A stretch of DNA of 24,000 nt, taken from NCBI GenBank assembly GCA_964482025.1, contig CAYZVN010000011.1, positions 18,363-42,362 of the forward strand. The letters run 5' to 3'. The notes under the pieces were generated by a model, which was not told where the DNA came from, did not search any database, and was given only the letters and a program-made list of their open reading frames with translations. The DNA comes from an uncultured Saccharophagus sp. GTDB taxonomy: Bacteria > Pseudomonadota > Gammaproteobacteria > Pseudomonadales > Cellvibrionaceae. Positions 1 to 8,226 of this stretch are shown here, in pieces. A program made the translations under genes and the position numbers. Within the stretch, counting starts at the first letter, position 1; the number at the start of each line of letters is the position of its first letter.

Positions 1-840
1 GTCTTCGTCGAGAATGGGGTTGGTGTTATTAATGTGAATAAGAATTTTGCGCGGCTTATCCAATTTATTGAGCTGCTCAATCATTCCCCCGGGGCCGGAC
101 TGAGGTAAATGCCCCATGGCGCTTGCCGGCTTGCTGCCAACACCCGCTAGGGCCATTTCGTCTTCCTGCCAAAAAGTACCGTCAACTAATAAGCAATCGG
201 CTTCGCGCATAAACGGCAGTACCTGCTCATCCACCACACCTAAGCCCGGCGCGTAAAAAACCTGCTTATGGTGAATGAGGTCTTCAATCACTATGCCGAT
301 ATTACTGTCGGGTTGGGGGTTGTCTCGGTGGCGGGAATAGGGGGGTGCATTGCTGGTTAAAGGAATCGGTTTAAAGCGCAGGCTTTCGATACCTTGGATA
401 GAAAATGGCTCATCCGGAATAATTGGATGTCTTTCGATGCCACCATTCCAGGATTCCAGTACGCGAAAAATCGGAAAGCCCGTCGTCAGGTCTTCGTGCA
501 CACTCTCGGTGCAATAAACCTTATGCGGACAACCTTCGCGCAACATTAATAAGCCGGTGGTGTGATCAATCTGACTATCCATATAAATAATGGCGGCAAT
601 TCCGGTGTCGCGCTTGCCTTGGCGCGGCAATATGGCGGGGAACGCTTCCAGTTGGGCACGAATATCCGGCGACGTATTGAATAAAACCCAGCTTCGATTA
701 TCCATGCTTACCGCAATTGACGACTGAGTGCGAGGTGTGGCGCGAACCGCGCCTATGCGCATGCGATGGCAGTTACGGCAATTGCAATTCCACTGCGGAA
801 AACCGCCTCCCGCAGCGGAGCCTAAAATTCGGATTTTCAT
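1..840 (-). CDS. pqqB: PQQ biosynthesis protein PqqB (metallo-beta-lactamase fold); partial, C-terminus lies beyond the left edge
   Basis: Absent from the ORF track because it has no stop in the window. Reverse translation from the ATG at 840..838 gives [60 protein letters not shown]..., the canonical PqqB N-terminus. I checked by hand that the frame is open for the first 60 codons and that the last codons at position 1 are in frame; the middle was not translated codon by codon. It lies directly downstream of pqqA. Confidence 0.9.
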   Translation of the reverse strand, partial: MKIRILGSAAGGGFPQWNCNCRNCHRMRIGAVRATPRTQSSIAVSMDNRSWVLFNTSPDIRAQLEAFPAILPRQGKRDTGIAAIIYMDSQIDHTTGLLMLREGCPHKVYCTESVHEDLTTGFPIFRVLESWNGGIERHPIIPDEPFSIQGIESLRFKPIPLTSNAPPYSRHRDNPQPDSNIGIVIEDLIHHKQVFYAPGLGVVDEQVLPFMREADCLLVDGTFWQEDEMALAGVGSKPASAMGHLPQSGPGGMIEQLNKLDKPRKILIHINNTNPILDED

Positions 841-870
841 AAAACAAGCGGCCGACTTAAAGTCAGCCGC
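841..870 (-). terminator. pqqA-pqqB intergenic stem-loop plus U-tract (attenuator/terminator-like)
   Basis: The minus-strand RNA reads GCGGCUGACU-UUA-AGUCGGCCGC (848..870), a 10-bp stem with one G-U pair. It is followed by UUGUUUU (847..841), which directly abuts the pqqB ATG. Confidence 0.6.
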
Positions 871-878
871 CGCTAATG

Positions 879-950
879 TTAGCGATTGCTGAAATACATG
901 GTGACTTCAAAGCCAATGCGCAGATCTTCAAAAGATGGTTTAGTCCACAT
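879..950 (-). CDS. pqqA: PQQ precursor peptide PqqA (23 aa)
   Basis: Too short for the ORF track. The minus strand reads ATG TGG ACT AAA CCA ... CGC TAA, giving [23 protein letters not shown]. This carries the conserved PqqA Glu-x3-Tyr core (EVTMY). A GGAGG Shine-Dalgarno lies about 8 nt upstream (rc of 955..962), and pqqB follows. Confidence 0.92.
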   Translation of the reverse strand: MWTKPSFEDLRIGFEVTMYFSNR

Positions 951-974
951 AGGTTAATCCTCCGATAATTGTTA

Positions 975-1015
975 TGTCATAAAGCATATCGACCTGTCAT
1001 AACATTATGATGACA
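975..1015. promoter_or_regulatory. Three TGTCAT hexamers upstream of pqqA: two direct copies 20 bp apart plus one inverted copy
   Basis: TGTCAT occurs at 975..980 and 995..1000. ATGACA occurs at 1010..1015, and with a flanking base on each side it forms the inverted repeat CTGTCAT-N9-ATGACAG (994..1016) with the second copy. The sites lie 25-65 nt upstream of the pqqA start codon. The operator function is an inference. Confidence 0.3.
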
Positions 1016-1203
1016 GTATCATCCCTCGATCCAACCGTCCGAACAGCATTGTGGGTGAAGAAACGTGGCCCGGCAGTGCGTTTGCTCACGTATAGGGAAA
1101 AAGATTAGCGCATAAAAATGCTTCGATTGGATTTGTTCGTTATATTTTTTCTTTAGTTATAAGAGGTTGGTTTTTTTACAGCAAGATCTAATGAGCCGCC
1201 TGG

Positions 1204-1497
1204 CTATTTGGCGGCTTTATTACTCGCAAGGGCTTTGCGAAAGCGGTGCTCTGTTATCCCCCACATGAGAGTGCCGACAATAAGCCCGCCTAAAGGCCAT
1301 ACAACAAAATGAACCATAGCAGTTTTCGAGAAAATTCCGTCGGCAAACGGTTGTTTGATTAGTGCCATTAGCAACAGCATCGGTAATCCCCAGCCGAGCA
1401 CACCTTTAATCAGCACAAATTTAAAAGCCCCGTGTTTCCGTGTGTCACGCCAAGCGTCAAGCTGTTCTGCTTTCATGGGTTCCTGGTGGCTTTCCAT
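1204..1497 (-). CDS. Small hypothetical membrane protein (two predicted TM helices)
   Basis: This is the 1204..1530 track ORF. Two hydrophobic stretches are present (FVLIKGVLGWGLPMLLLMALI and VHFVVWPLGGLIVGTLMWGI). The start is ambiguous: TTG 1530, ATG 1497 (MESHQEP...) or ATG 1476 (MKAEQL..., preceded by AGGAA). I do not recognise a family. Confidence 0.5.
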   Translation of the reverse strand: MESHQEPMKAEQLDAWRDTRKHGAFKFVLIKGVLGWGLPMLLLMALIKQPFADGIFSKTAMVHFVVWPLGGLIVGTLMWGITEHRFRKALASNKAAK

Positions 1498-1519
1498 TAA
1501 CAGGTAAATTTTCCGCCTA

Positions 1520-2053
1520 TTATAAAACAACCTTCAATTGTGGCCAGCGCTCCAGCCAGCGCTTTTCGGCAATCCGTTCAAGGAAGAGTGATTTCGATCG
1601 CCTCGGATTATGGGATAAATAGCCCAAAAAAAGCGAATCTAAACCAAAAGGAGCTGCTATCTCTATCCGCCCAGCACTGCTAAGCCTTACGCCAACGGCT
1701 GTTTCTTTTTCAGGCCAATAGCTCATGGCATTTGTGCTATCCGAATAAGGCGAATCCTTATTTCGCAGATGCATAATCGCTTGGTTTTTTACCTCCCAAT
1801 GCACCCCGGGTGCCTGGGAGAAAAGCTTATCTTCTATGTCCTTAATATACTCACTTGAGGTATTCACCCGGTCAAAAAACACTACATCCACATCATTAAG
1901 TGGCGTAGCGTCGTAATCGTGCAAATAATCCCACACCATATTCCGCACGAAACCCGCCGCAATATAACAATCCGGTAGCGCGAGCGCTGCAACGGTTTTA
2001 AGTAACGGCATTCTTTCTGGGTCGGCTTGGATAAGCTCTTGGATTTTCTGCAT
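1520..2053 (-). CDS. Small nucleotidyltransferase-fold protein (Pol-beta superfamily; resembles the uncharacterised NTP_transf_6/DUF925-type family)
   Basis: The 177-aa ORF carries a Pol-beta NTase-like pattern, AAGFVRN...x...NDVDVVFFD (a Gly followed by D-x-D), and a later acidic residue in HWEVKNQ. The family assignment is from memory, not from a search. Confidence 0.7.
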   Translation of the reverse strand: MQKIQELIQADPERMPLLKTVAALALPDCYIAAGFVRNMVWDYLHDYDATPLNDVDVVFFDRVNTSSEYIKDIEDKLFSQAPGVHWEVKNQAIMHLRNKDSPYSDSTNAMSYWPEKETAVGVRLSSAGRIEIAAPFGLDSLFLGYLSHNPRRSKSLFLERIAEKRWLERWPQLKVVL

Positions 2054-2097
2054 AAGGTGTCGCTGTTAACTCGACCGCCGCGCAAACGGTGAATATA

Positions 2098-2121
2098 GGC
2101 GCGCAGGTGGTGCTGCGCGCC
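2098..2121 (-). terminator. GC-rich hairpin downstream of katE
   Basis: GGCGCGCAG-GTGGTG-CTGCGCGCC forms a perfect 9-bp stem with a 6-nt loop. It begins 10 nt after the katE stop. On the minus strand it is followed by UAUAUUCACCGUUUG, a weak U-tract. Confidence 0.45.
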
Positions 2122-2130
2122 GTCGGAGGC

Positions 2131-4539
2131 TTAGACGAGCGGTGGGTCCGTTTCGCGCATGTAAAAACGGTGGGTGGCGAGAACGGCGGTGAAGCTTTGG
2201 TAGCCGCTGTCCCATTGGTTATCCGCAACGGTAAATATAGCGGAATCTAGGGAGCCGTCGGGCAGGGTGAGTGGAATGCCGGCGGCAGTGAGTAAATCGG
2301 CACCTTTGCCAATGGCGAGTATGGGTTTGCAATGGCGGTATTGCAGTCGTATAAATTCCAGGGAGTGAGCATCACGTGCCAATCTCTGGCAGGACTCTTC
2401 GCCGCCGGCGATGACGACGGCGTCGTACAGGACCGAGGGTCCGGCATCCAAAGAAATCTCGATGTCCATTTTTCCGCCATTCGCCGTTGCAATGGTACCC
2501 AGGCGGCTGCCGACCAAACGCGGTACGGCGGCTTCTTGTAATAGCGCGGTATAAATGGCTTCTACGGGCTCAGCAATCACGCCGTCACCGACCAGGATCG
2601 CAATATTGCGGGTGGCAATGCCGACTTGGCCGGGGCGTGACAGCAAGGATAGAGCCGGTGAGACCGGGTAGGTGGGCATGGGTTTATCCGTGGCCAGAGG
2701 AAGGGCGGGCGGGACGTCCATACCCAGGCCTTCGGCAACGGCGCTGGCCAGCTGCATATCCACATTGGCCAGCAGTGCGACGACGCGCTTGCGCACACCC
2801 ACGACTTGGCAGCGGGTAAGCTCAAAGCGAAATGCATTAATAATGTGGTTCTGTTCTACCGCTGTTTGGCTGATCCAAAATAAGCGCGCTTGAGAATAAT
2901 GGTCGGCAAATAATTCGGGCTTGCCGCGTACCTTATCTTCGCTGGCGATGCGCTCTGGAAAGCTGCGAAAACCCGTCGCTCCTGCTTGAAAAGGACAGCC
3001 GGCCGCGAGGGAATTGGGCTCATAGTTGACGCGCCCTCGATTGATGGCCTGGCGGTGAAAGCCGTCGCGCTGATTGTTGTGAACTTGCGCAACGGGCGCG
3101 TTAATGGGAATTTCATGAAAGTTAGGCCCGCCTAAGCGCAACAGCTGCGTGTCGATGTAGGAGTGAATGCGACCTTGCATCAGTGGGTCATTGGTGAAGT
3201 CCAACCCCGGAATAATATGGGCGGTACAAAAGGCGACTTGTTCGGTTTCCGCAAAGAAATTGTCGGGGTTGCGATTTAGTACCATTTTGCCCACCGGTGT
3301 TACCGGCACCATTTCTTCCGGAACAATTTTTGTGGGATCGAGAACATCGAAAGGAAAACTTTCCGCTTCTTGTTCAGTAAAAATTTGCAGTCCTAATTCC
3401 CACTCGGGAAATGCGCCGGCCTCTATCGCCTCCCATAAATCGCGGCGATGAAAGTCGGGGTCGGCACCGCCAATTTTAGCGGCTTCATCCCACACCAAAG
3501 AATGGGTGCCGGCAACTGGTGTCCAGTGGAATTTACAGAAAACGGATTCGCCCATGGCGTTAACTAAACGAAATGTGTGTACCCCAAAACCTTGCATCAT
3601 GCGGTAGCTGCGCGGAATGGCGCGGTCGGACATTATCCACATCAGCATATGTGCGGATTCTGGCGTGAGCGAAACAAAATCCCAAAAAGTATCGTGGGCG
3701 CTGGATGCTTGCGGCATGGCGTGATGAGGCTCTGGTTTTACCGCATGCACCAGGTCTGGAAATTTCATCGCGTCTTGAATAAAAAATACCGGGATATTAT
3801 TGCCTACCAAGTCCCAGTTACCTTGTTCGGTATAAAACTTCACGGCGAAGCCGCGCACATCGCGAGCAGTATCCATAGAGCCGCGCTCGCCCGCAACCGT
3901 AGAAAAGCGCGCAAAAACCGGCGTGCGTTTACCGGCTTCGGCGAAGGGCGCAGCCATGGTGTATTGGTCGAGCGCTTGGTAGCACTCAAAATAGCCGTGG
4001 GCAGCGGAGCCGCGAGCGTGGACGACACGCTCTGGAATTCTTTCGTGATCAAAGTGCGTGAGCTTTTCCCGCAGAATAAAATCTTCCATCAAACTGGGGC
4101 CGCGCAGGCCCGCTTTCAGTGAGTGCTGGTTGTCGGCAACGGGAACACCCTGATTGGTGGTGAGTGCTTGATTGGTGCTGTCCACACGCACGCGATCGAG
4201 CGGTGCGTTGGTCGCATTTTCGCTAATTAATGGATTGCCGCTGCCAACTTTTTCCGAGCTGTGAATCTCTGAAGAGGTCGAGCCAGTAACGTCAGGGCTC
4301 GGTAGGTTTGTCGTGGCTCCGATAGTGGGTTGGCGAGCAGCGTCGCCGTATTCACTGGCCTTGGTGGAATTATGAGAGAGCGCGTCGGACACGAGTTGCT
4401 GGCCACTTTTCTTCGACAGCAAACGCTCCCCTGTATCATTTTTCGCAGCGATGCTGTCGGGTGGCGCAGCGGAGGGGCCTGATAATGTACTGAGAACCGA
4501 TCCGGCACCTTTAACATCTTTAAACTTATTGCTGCTCAT
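2131..4539 (-). CDS. katE: Large-subunit (clade 2, HPII-type) monofunctional catalase
   Basis: The active-site region is [22 protein letters not shown]. The proximal Tyr region is [29 protein letters not shown]-terminal extra domain of about 150 aa is typical of HPII. I place the start at ATG 4539 (MSSNKF...), preceded by GAGGTGCGGAG, rather than at the 843-aa track start. Confidence 0.9.
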   Translation of the reverse strand: MSSNKFKDVKGAGSVLSTLSGPSAAPPDSIAAKNDTGERLLSKKSGQQLVSDALSHNSTKASEYGDAARQPTIGATTNLPSPDVTGSTSSEIHSSEKVGSGNPLISENATNAPLDRVRVDSTNQALTTNQGVPVADNQHSLKAGLRGPSLMEDFILREKLTHFDHERIPERVVHARGSAAHGYFECYQALDQYTMAAPFAEAGKRTPVFARFSTVAGERGSMDTARDVRGFAVKFYTEQGNWDLVGNNIPVFFIQDAMKFPDLVHAVKPEPHHAMPQASSAHDTFWDFVSLTPESAHMLMWIMSDRAIPRSYRMMQGFGVHTFRLVNAMGESVFCKFHWTPVAGTHSLVWDEAAKIGGADPDFHRRDLWEAIEAGAFPEWELGLQIFTEQEAESFPFDVLDPTKIVPEEMVPVTPVGKMVLNRNPDNFFAETEQVAFCTAHIIPGLDFTNDPLMQGRIHSYIDTQLLRLGGPNFHEIPINAPVAQVHNNQRDGFHRQAINRGRVNYEPNSLAAGCPFQAGATGFRSFPERIASEDKVRGKPELFADHYSQARLFWISQTAVEQNHIINAFRFELTRCQVVGVRKRVVALLANVDMQLASAVAEGLGMDVPPALPLATDKPMPTYPVSPALSLLSRPGQVGIATRNIAILVGDGVIAEPVEAIYTALLQEAAVPRLVGSRLGTIATANGGKMDIEISLDAGPSVLYDAVVIAGGEESCQRLARDAHSLEFIRLQYRHCKPILAIGKGADLLTAAGIPLTLPDGSLDSAIFTVADNQWDSGYQSFTAVLATHRFYMRETDPPLV

Positions 4540-4654
4540 GCTCCGCACCTCGAGGCGTTTTGGGAGCCGACAGGGTGGGTTAGGTAAGGCTCGCCCATCT
4601 GTTCGGCTTCCAACAATCTCGCCTAAAACATGTTCGCTAAATGTGCGTTTCGAG

Positions 4655-4672
4655 AGCCTCAATATTGAGGCT
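4655..4672. other. Perfect 18-bp palindrome between sodC and katE
   Basis: The sequence is AGCCTCAATATTGAGGCT. It lies 27 nt downstream of the sodC stop and about 115 nt upstream of the katE start. No U-tract follows on the minus strand, so it could be a weak terminator, an RNA stability element or an operator. Confidence 0.3.
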
Positions 4673-4698
4673 TAAGCAAAGCGAGGTGCAGCGAAATA

Positions 4699-5256
4699 TT
4701 ATTCTGGATTTGCTTCTGAGGCAGAGTCGCTGTCGTCGGCTGTTGGCACAACGCCGCAGGCGATACGAGCACCGCCGCCGCCCATGGGTTCGGGATAATC
4801 TGAATAATTATCGCCGCCAGCGTGAATCACCAAGGCGCGCCCATAAAATTCGTCCAGCGTGAGACGCGACGCGGATAAAGGTTGGGTGCTGGTACCTGTA
4901 GTGTTGACGTACAAGCCTGGCAGGTCGCCTTTGTGACCATCGCCCCAAGGCGCGCCGTGTTTCTCGGTGTCCTCTGGGTCGTAATGCGACCCGGCAGCGC
5001 CTGCGGGGGTGACTTTTCCATCTTTCTTAGCGGTGTCGCAGCTGCCGTTTTCGTGCAGGTGAAAGCCGCGCATGCCCGGCGGCAGGTCGCGCAGATCGGG
5101 TTTGAGCTGAATGCCATGAGTTGTTTGGCTTATGGTGATATGGCCAATTCTTTCCCCCACTCCTTTTTCGTTGACGAGATGCATAGGTACCATGACTTCG
5201 GCGGTGGCGGCAGCGGCAGCAGAGCAGGCAAGTAGGGCGGCGATGATCTTTTTCAT
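4699..5256 (-). CDS. sodC: Periplasmic Cu,Zn superoxide dismutase
   Basis: An N-terminal signal peptide is present (MKKIIAALLACSAAAAATA; LLAC could also be a weak lipobox). The Cu-ligand region is GFHLHENGSC. The Cu/Zn-SOD signature is GGGGARIACGVV. Confidence 0.9.
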   Translation of the reverse strand: MKKIIAALLACSAAAAATAEVMVPMHLVNEKGVGERIGHITISQTTHGIQLKPDLRDLPPGMRGFHLHENGSCDTAKKDGKVTPAGAAGSHYDPEDTEKHGAPWGDGHKGDLPGLYVNTTGTSTQPLSASRLTLDEFYGRALVIHAGGDNYSDYPEPMGGGGARIACGVVPTADDSDSASEANPE

Positions 5257-5568
5257 GTTTCTCTCCTATTTCTTTGCAAGTGAACCGAGACATTAGTTTT
5301 CGCGGTAGTTCCCCATTAAATTGCGAGAAGTCGTTTTCCACGCAATTTTTTTGCCGTAATGAGACGTGCCGCAGTTGCGTCGGGAGGTCGATTAAACCCA
5401 TAGCCAAATGGGTTAGTTCTGTGTGATGTGGTGCGCGAGGCAAGCTTACACCGCTTGGCTATTTCACTAGCGAAGGTGTGATTAATTTCCAAAAACGGCG
5501 GTTTTTACAAAAAAATTGCCCGGCTTTGTTGTAGAAGCGAGTTTTATGTTGCGCCTGGGGCGGAAGAT

Positions 5569-5739
5569 GTGAAGCGAAAATCTCGGTTTTTTATTATCGG
5601 TTGTTTAATTTTTTTGGGTGTGCTGACTGGATGGTTTATTCCCAGCAGTGCTGCGGTAGCCCATTCAAGCGCTTATGAGATTTGTCTGAGCGGGGGGTCA
5701 GCACAGGAGCCTACCCTCATAACGCGGGTTGCTTTATAG
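5569..5739 (+). CDS. Possible small secreted peptide ORF (56 aa, GTG start); speculative
   Basis: The ORF is below the track cut-off. It translates to VKRKSRFFIIGCLIFLGVLTGWFIPSSAAVAHSSAYEICLSGGSAQEPTLITRVAL. The N-terminus has a basic region, a hydrophobic core and an AVA-H cleavage-like site. The RBS is weak, and conservation cannot be assessed here. Confidence 0.2.
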   Translation: MKRKSRFFIIGCLIFLGVLTGWFIPSSAAVAHSSAYEICLSGGSAQEPTLITRVAL

Positions 5740-5778
5740 CCATTCGGCCACTGGCTCTTTGGTGCAGCGCGACCTACA

Positions 5779-6090
5779 ATGACAGCCATTTTTGGTACCC
5801 GCAGTATGTTTTCGTTGTCCCCCGAAGTTTTTGGCTATCTGGCCGCGTTTTTTACGACCCTTTCCTTTGCACCCCAAGCCTTGTTGACGCTGCGCAGCCG
5901 GGATACCAGTGGTTTGTCTTTCGGCATGTACGCCATGTTCGTCACGGGTGTGACCATCTGGCTGATTTATGGGGTGCTGATCGAGGACAGCATTATTATG
6001 CTCGCCAATGGGCTGACCTTGCTGTTGGCAATGCCTATCTTAGGAATGAAAATATTCAATCGTCTTTGGGGTAACGAACGGCCTTTGTAA
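5779..6090 (+). CDS. SemiSWEET-like / PQ-loop small transporter (three TM helices)
   Basis: A PQ motif is present in TM1 (LSFAPQALLTL). Three hydrophobic helices fit within about 90 aa. An alternative start at ATG 5806 (MFSLSPEV...) would give a more typical length. Confidence 0.7.
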   Translation: MTAIFGTRSMFSLSPEVFGYLAAFFTTLSFAPQALLTLRSRDTSGLSFGMYAMFVTGVTIWLIYGVLIEDSIIMLANGLTLLLAMPILGMKIFNRLWGNERPL

Positions 6091-6118
6091 CAAAAGCCGG
6101 TGGTGTTTGTTTGAAGAG

Positions 6119-6164
6119 AAAACCGCGCTGCCTTGCGACGCTAGTCGCAAGGCAGCGCGGTTTT
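6119..6164. terminator. Bidirectional rho-independent terminator between the convergent SemiSWEET gene and dxs
   Basis: The stem is a perfect 17 bp: CCGCGCTGCCTTGCGAC (6123..6139), loop GCTA, GTCGCAAGGCAGCGCGG (6144..6160). It is flanked by AAAA on the left and TTTT on the right. The right flank overlaps the dxs stop codon (6163..6165). Confidence 0.8.
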
Positions 6165-8076
6165 AGATGGCACCCACGCAGGCGGCGCTGGGGTGATTCA
6201 TGCTGTGAAGGCGCGTGGCGATGGCTTGCGCTATCCCCACCTTATCCAATCCCGCTTCGGCCAATTGCTGCGAGCGGCTGGCGTGTTCGATGAAATGATC
6301 GGGAATGCCGAGCAGCAAAAGAGGCTTCACTATACCCTGCATCGCCAGAAACTCCGCCACGGCCGCACCCGCACCACCGGCGATGGTGCCTTCTTCTAAG
6401 GTTACGATTAAGTCGCATTGTGCGGCTGCCTGCAGGATGATCTGGGTATCCAGGGGCTTGATCCAGCGCATGTCGTAGAGGCTGTAGCCGTTTTTCTCGG
6501 CTACTTCTTTCGCGTCGCTTAAGAGCGGGCCAAAATTCAAAATCGCCACGCGGCGACCACGCATAATCATGCGGCCCTGGCCTATCGGAAAGCGCTGCCA
6601 TTCCTGCTGGATGGCTTCGCCAGGACCTGTGCCTCGCGGGTAGCGCACGGCAGCGGGACCTGTGTGCTGATAGGCGCTGGAGAGCAGCTGCTGACACTCG
6701 TTTTCATCGCTAGGCGCCGCCAGGATCATGTTGGGGATGCTGCGCAGAAAGCTGATATCGAAACAGCCCGAGTGGGTTGGGCCGTCTTCGCCCACCAAGC
6801 CGGCGCGGTCGATGGCGAAGGTGACGTCCAGATTCTGCAGAGCGACATCGTGAATGAGCTGATCGTAGGCGCGCTGTAAGAAGGTGGAATAGATGGCCAC
6901 TACCGGCTTAAAACCTTCGCATGCCAAGCCTGCGGCAAGCGTGACGGCGTGTTGCTCGGCAATGGCGACATCGTGGAACCGCTCGGGAAATGTGTGGCTG
7001 AATTCCACCATGCCGGAGCCTTCACACATGGCGGGGGTAATGGCGATCAGCTTGCGATCATGGCTGGCGATCTGGCACAGCCAGTTACCGAAAATGTCTT
7101 GATAGCGCAGCTTCTTCGTCCCCACCGGCGCTTTGCCACGGTTTTTCGGCTCAATTTTGTTGAGCGCGTGATAGCCAACCGGGTCGTCCTCCGCGGGTGC
7201 GAAGCCCTTACCTTTTTGGGTGATGATGTGCAGCAGCTTGGGACCTGGGACCTCGCTGAGATTGCGTAGATCGTGAGTCAGGCGGTTTATGTCGTGACCA
7301 TCCACGGGGCCGACATAATAAAAGCCGAGCTCTTCAAACAGAGTGCTGGGGGAGACCAGCCCTTTCATATGCTCTTCCGCTTTGCGCGCCAACTCCCGCG
7401 CCTGGGGAAGCGCGCCAAGAACCTTTTTACCGCTTTCGCGCAGACTTGTGTAGAACTTGCTGGCCCACAGTCGAGAGAAATAGGTGGCTAGCCCGCCGAC
7501 ATTGGGAGAGATCGACATATTGTTGTCGTTGAGCACCACCAAAAGATCTGCTTTGGTGTGAGCGGCGTGGTTGAGCGCTTCGAATGCCATGCCAGCAGTC
7601 ATGGCACCATCGCCAATGATGGCGACGGTTTTGTGTGGCTGCTCTAAATCACGCTTGGCCAACGCCATGCCTAAAGCCGCGCTGATCGAGGTGCTTGAGT
7701 GGCCAACACCGAAGGCATCGTAGGGACTTTCGCCGCGCTTGGGAAAGCCGGAGAGGCCGTGCGCTTGGCGGATGGTGGTCATTTGCTGGCGGCGGCCGGT
7801 GAGTATCTTGTGCGGGTACGTCTGGTGGCCAACATCCCACACCAGTCGGTCTTCGGGAGTGTTGAACACGTAGTGCAGCGCGATGGTTAATTCCACCACG
7901 CCGAGGCCGGCACCGAAGTGGCCGCCCGTCTGGCCGACGCTGTAGAGCAGGAACTCTCGCAGTTCGCTCGCCAGTTGTGGCAATTGCTTTTCGCTGAGCG
8001 TGCGCAGGTCTGCACCGCTGTTAACGGTGTCGAGGAGCGGCGTCGAAGGCCGTTGCAGAGGAATTTCATCAAACAT
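6163..8076 (-). CDS. dxs: 1-deoxy-D-xylulose-5-phosphate synthase
   Basis: The 637-aa protein has a Dxs-type N-terminus ([31 protein letters not shown]...[21 protein letters not shown]), the TPP-binding [17 protein letters not shown], and transketolase-like middle and C-terminal domains. Confidence 0.95.
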   Translation of the reverse strand: MFDEIPLQRPSTPLLDTVNSGADLRTLSEKQLPQLASELREFLLYSVGQTGGHFGAGLGVVELTIALHYVFNTPEDRLVWDVGHQTYPHKILTGRRQQMTTIRQAHGLSGFPKRGESPYDAFGVGHSSTSISAALGMALAKRDLEQPHKTVAIIGDGAMTAGMAFEALNHAAHTKADLLVVLNDNNMSISPNVGGLATYFSRLWASKFYTSLRESGKKVLGALPQARELARKAEEHMKGLVSPSTLFEELGFYYVGPVDGHDINRLTHDLRNLSEVPGPKLLHIITQKGKGFAPAEDDPVGYHALNKIEPKNRGKAPVGTKKLRYQDIFGNWLCQIASHDRKLIAITPAMCEGSGMVEFSHTFPERFHDVAIAEQHAVTLAAGLACEGFKPVVAIYSTFLQRAYDQLIHDVALQNLDVTFAIDRAGLVGEDGPTHSGCFDISFLRSIPNMILAAPSDENECQQLLSSAYQHTGPAAVRYPRGTGPGEAIQQEWQRFPIGQGRMIMRGRRVAILNFGPLLSDAKEVAEKNGYSLYDMRWIKPLDTQIILQAAAQCDLIVTLEEGTIAGGAGAAVAEFLAMQGIVKPLLLLGIPDHFIEHASRSQQLAEAGLDKVGIAQAIATRLHSMNHPSAACVGAI

Positions 8077-8136
8077 TCAGGCGCAGGTTCCCAGCATTCA
8101 GTGGTAACTCAGCATTCTATTGTTTAGCGGGGGGCA

Positions 8137-8187
8137 TTAAAAGCGCGAATGGCTGAATTGGTGAGCCAGTCGGTCGAAGCCGCGCTT
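8137..8187 (-). terminator. Candidate apaH terminator (branched stem followed by a U-run)
   Basis: On the minus strand, AAGCGCG (8187..8181) pairs with CGCGCUU (8147..8141). An inner stem UGGCU/AGCCA lies between them. UUAAUG follows the outer stem. The loop is long, so confidence is low. Confidence 0.3.
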
Positions 8188-8226
8188 CTAGCAGAAGTGA
8201 CCATATGGCGCCTTGCCGGTTGCTTC

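Noticed and set aside
1194-1216. Hairpin AGCCGCC-N9-GGCGGCT overlapping the 3' end of the small membrane-protein gene.
   Set aside because: On the minus strand, the gene's own strand, no U-tract follows. It looks like a terminator only on the plus strand, where no upstream gene exists, so the function is not supportable.
3577-4122. 181-aa plus-strand ORF inside katE.
   Set aside because: It is antisense to the conserved catalase core, and no motif supports it.
4540-4662. Upstream 41-codon extension of the katE track ORF (MRLSKRTFSEH...).
   Set aside because: The internal ATG at 4539 has a good GAGG/GGAG RBS. The extension adds an arbitrary basic peptide and overlaps the sodC-katE palindrome region, so the longest ORF is probably not the real start.
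5682-6074. 130-aa plus-strand ORF overlapping the SemiSWEET-like ORF in another frame.
   Set aside because: Only one of the two frames can plausibly be coding. The 5779 frame gives three clean TM helices with a PQ motif, whereas this frame gives a Trp/His/Arg-rich sequence with no features.
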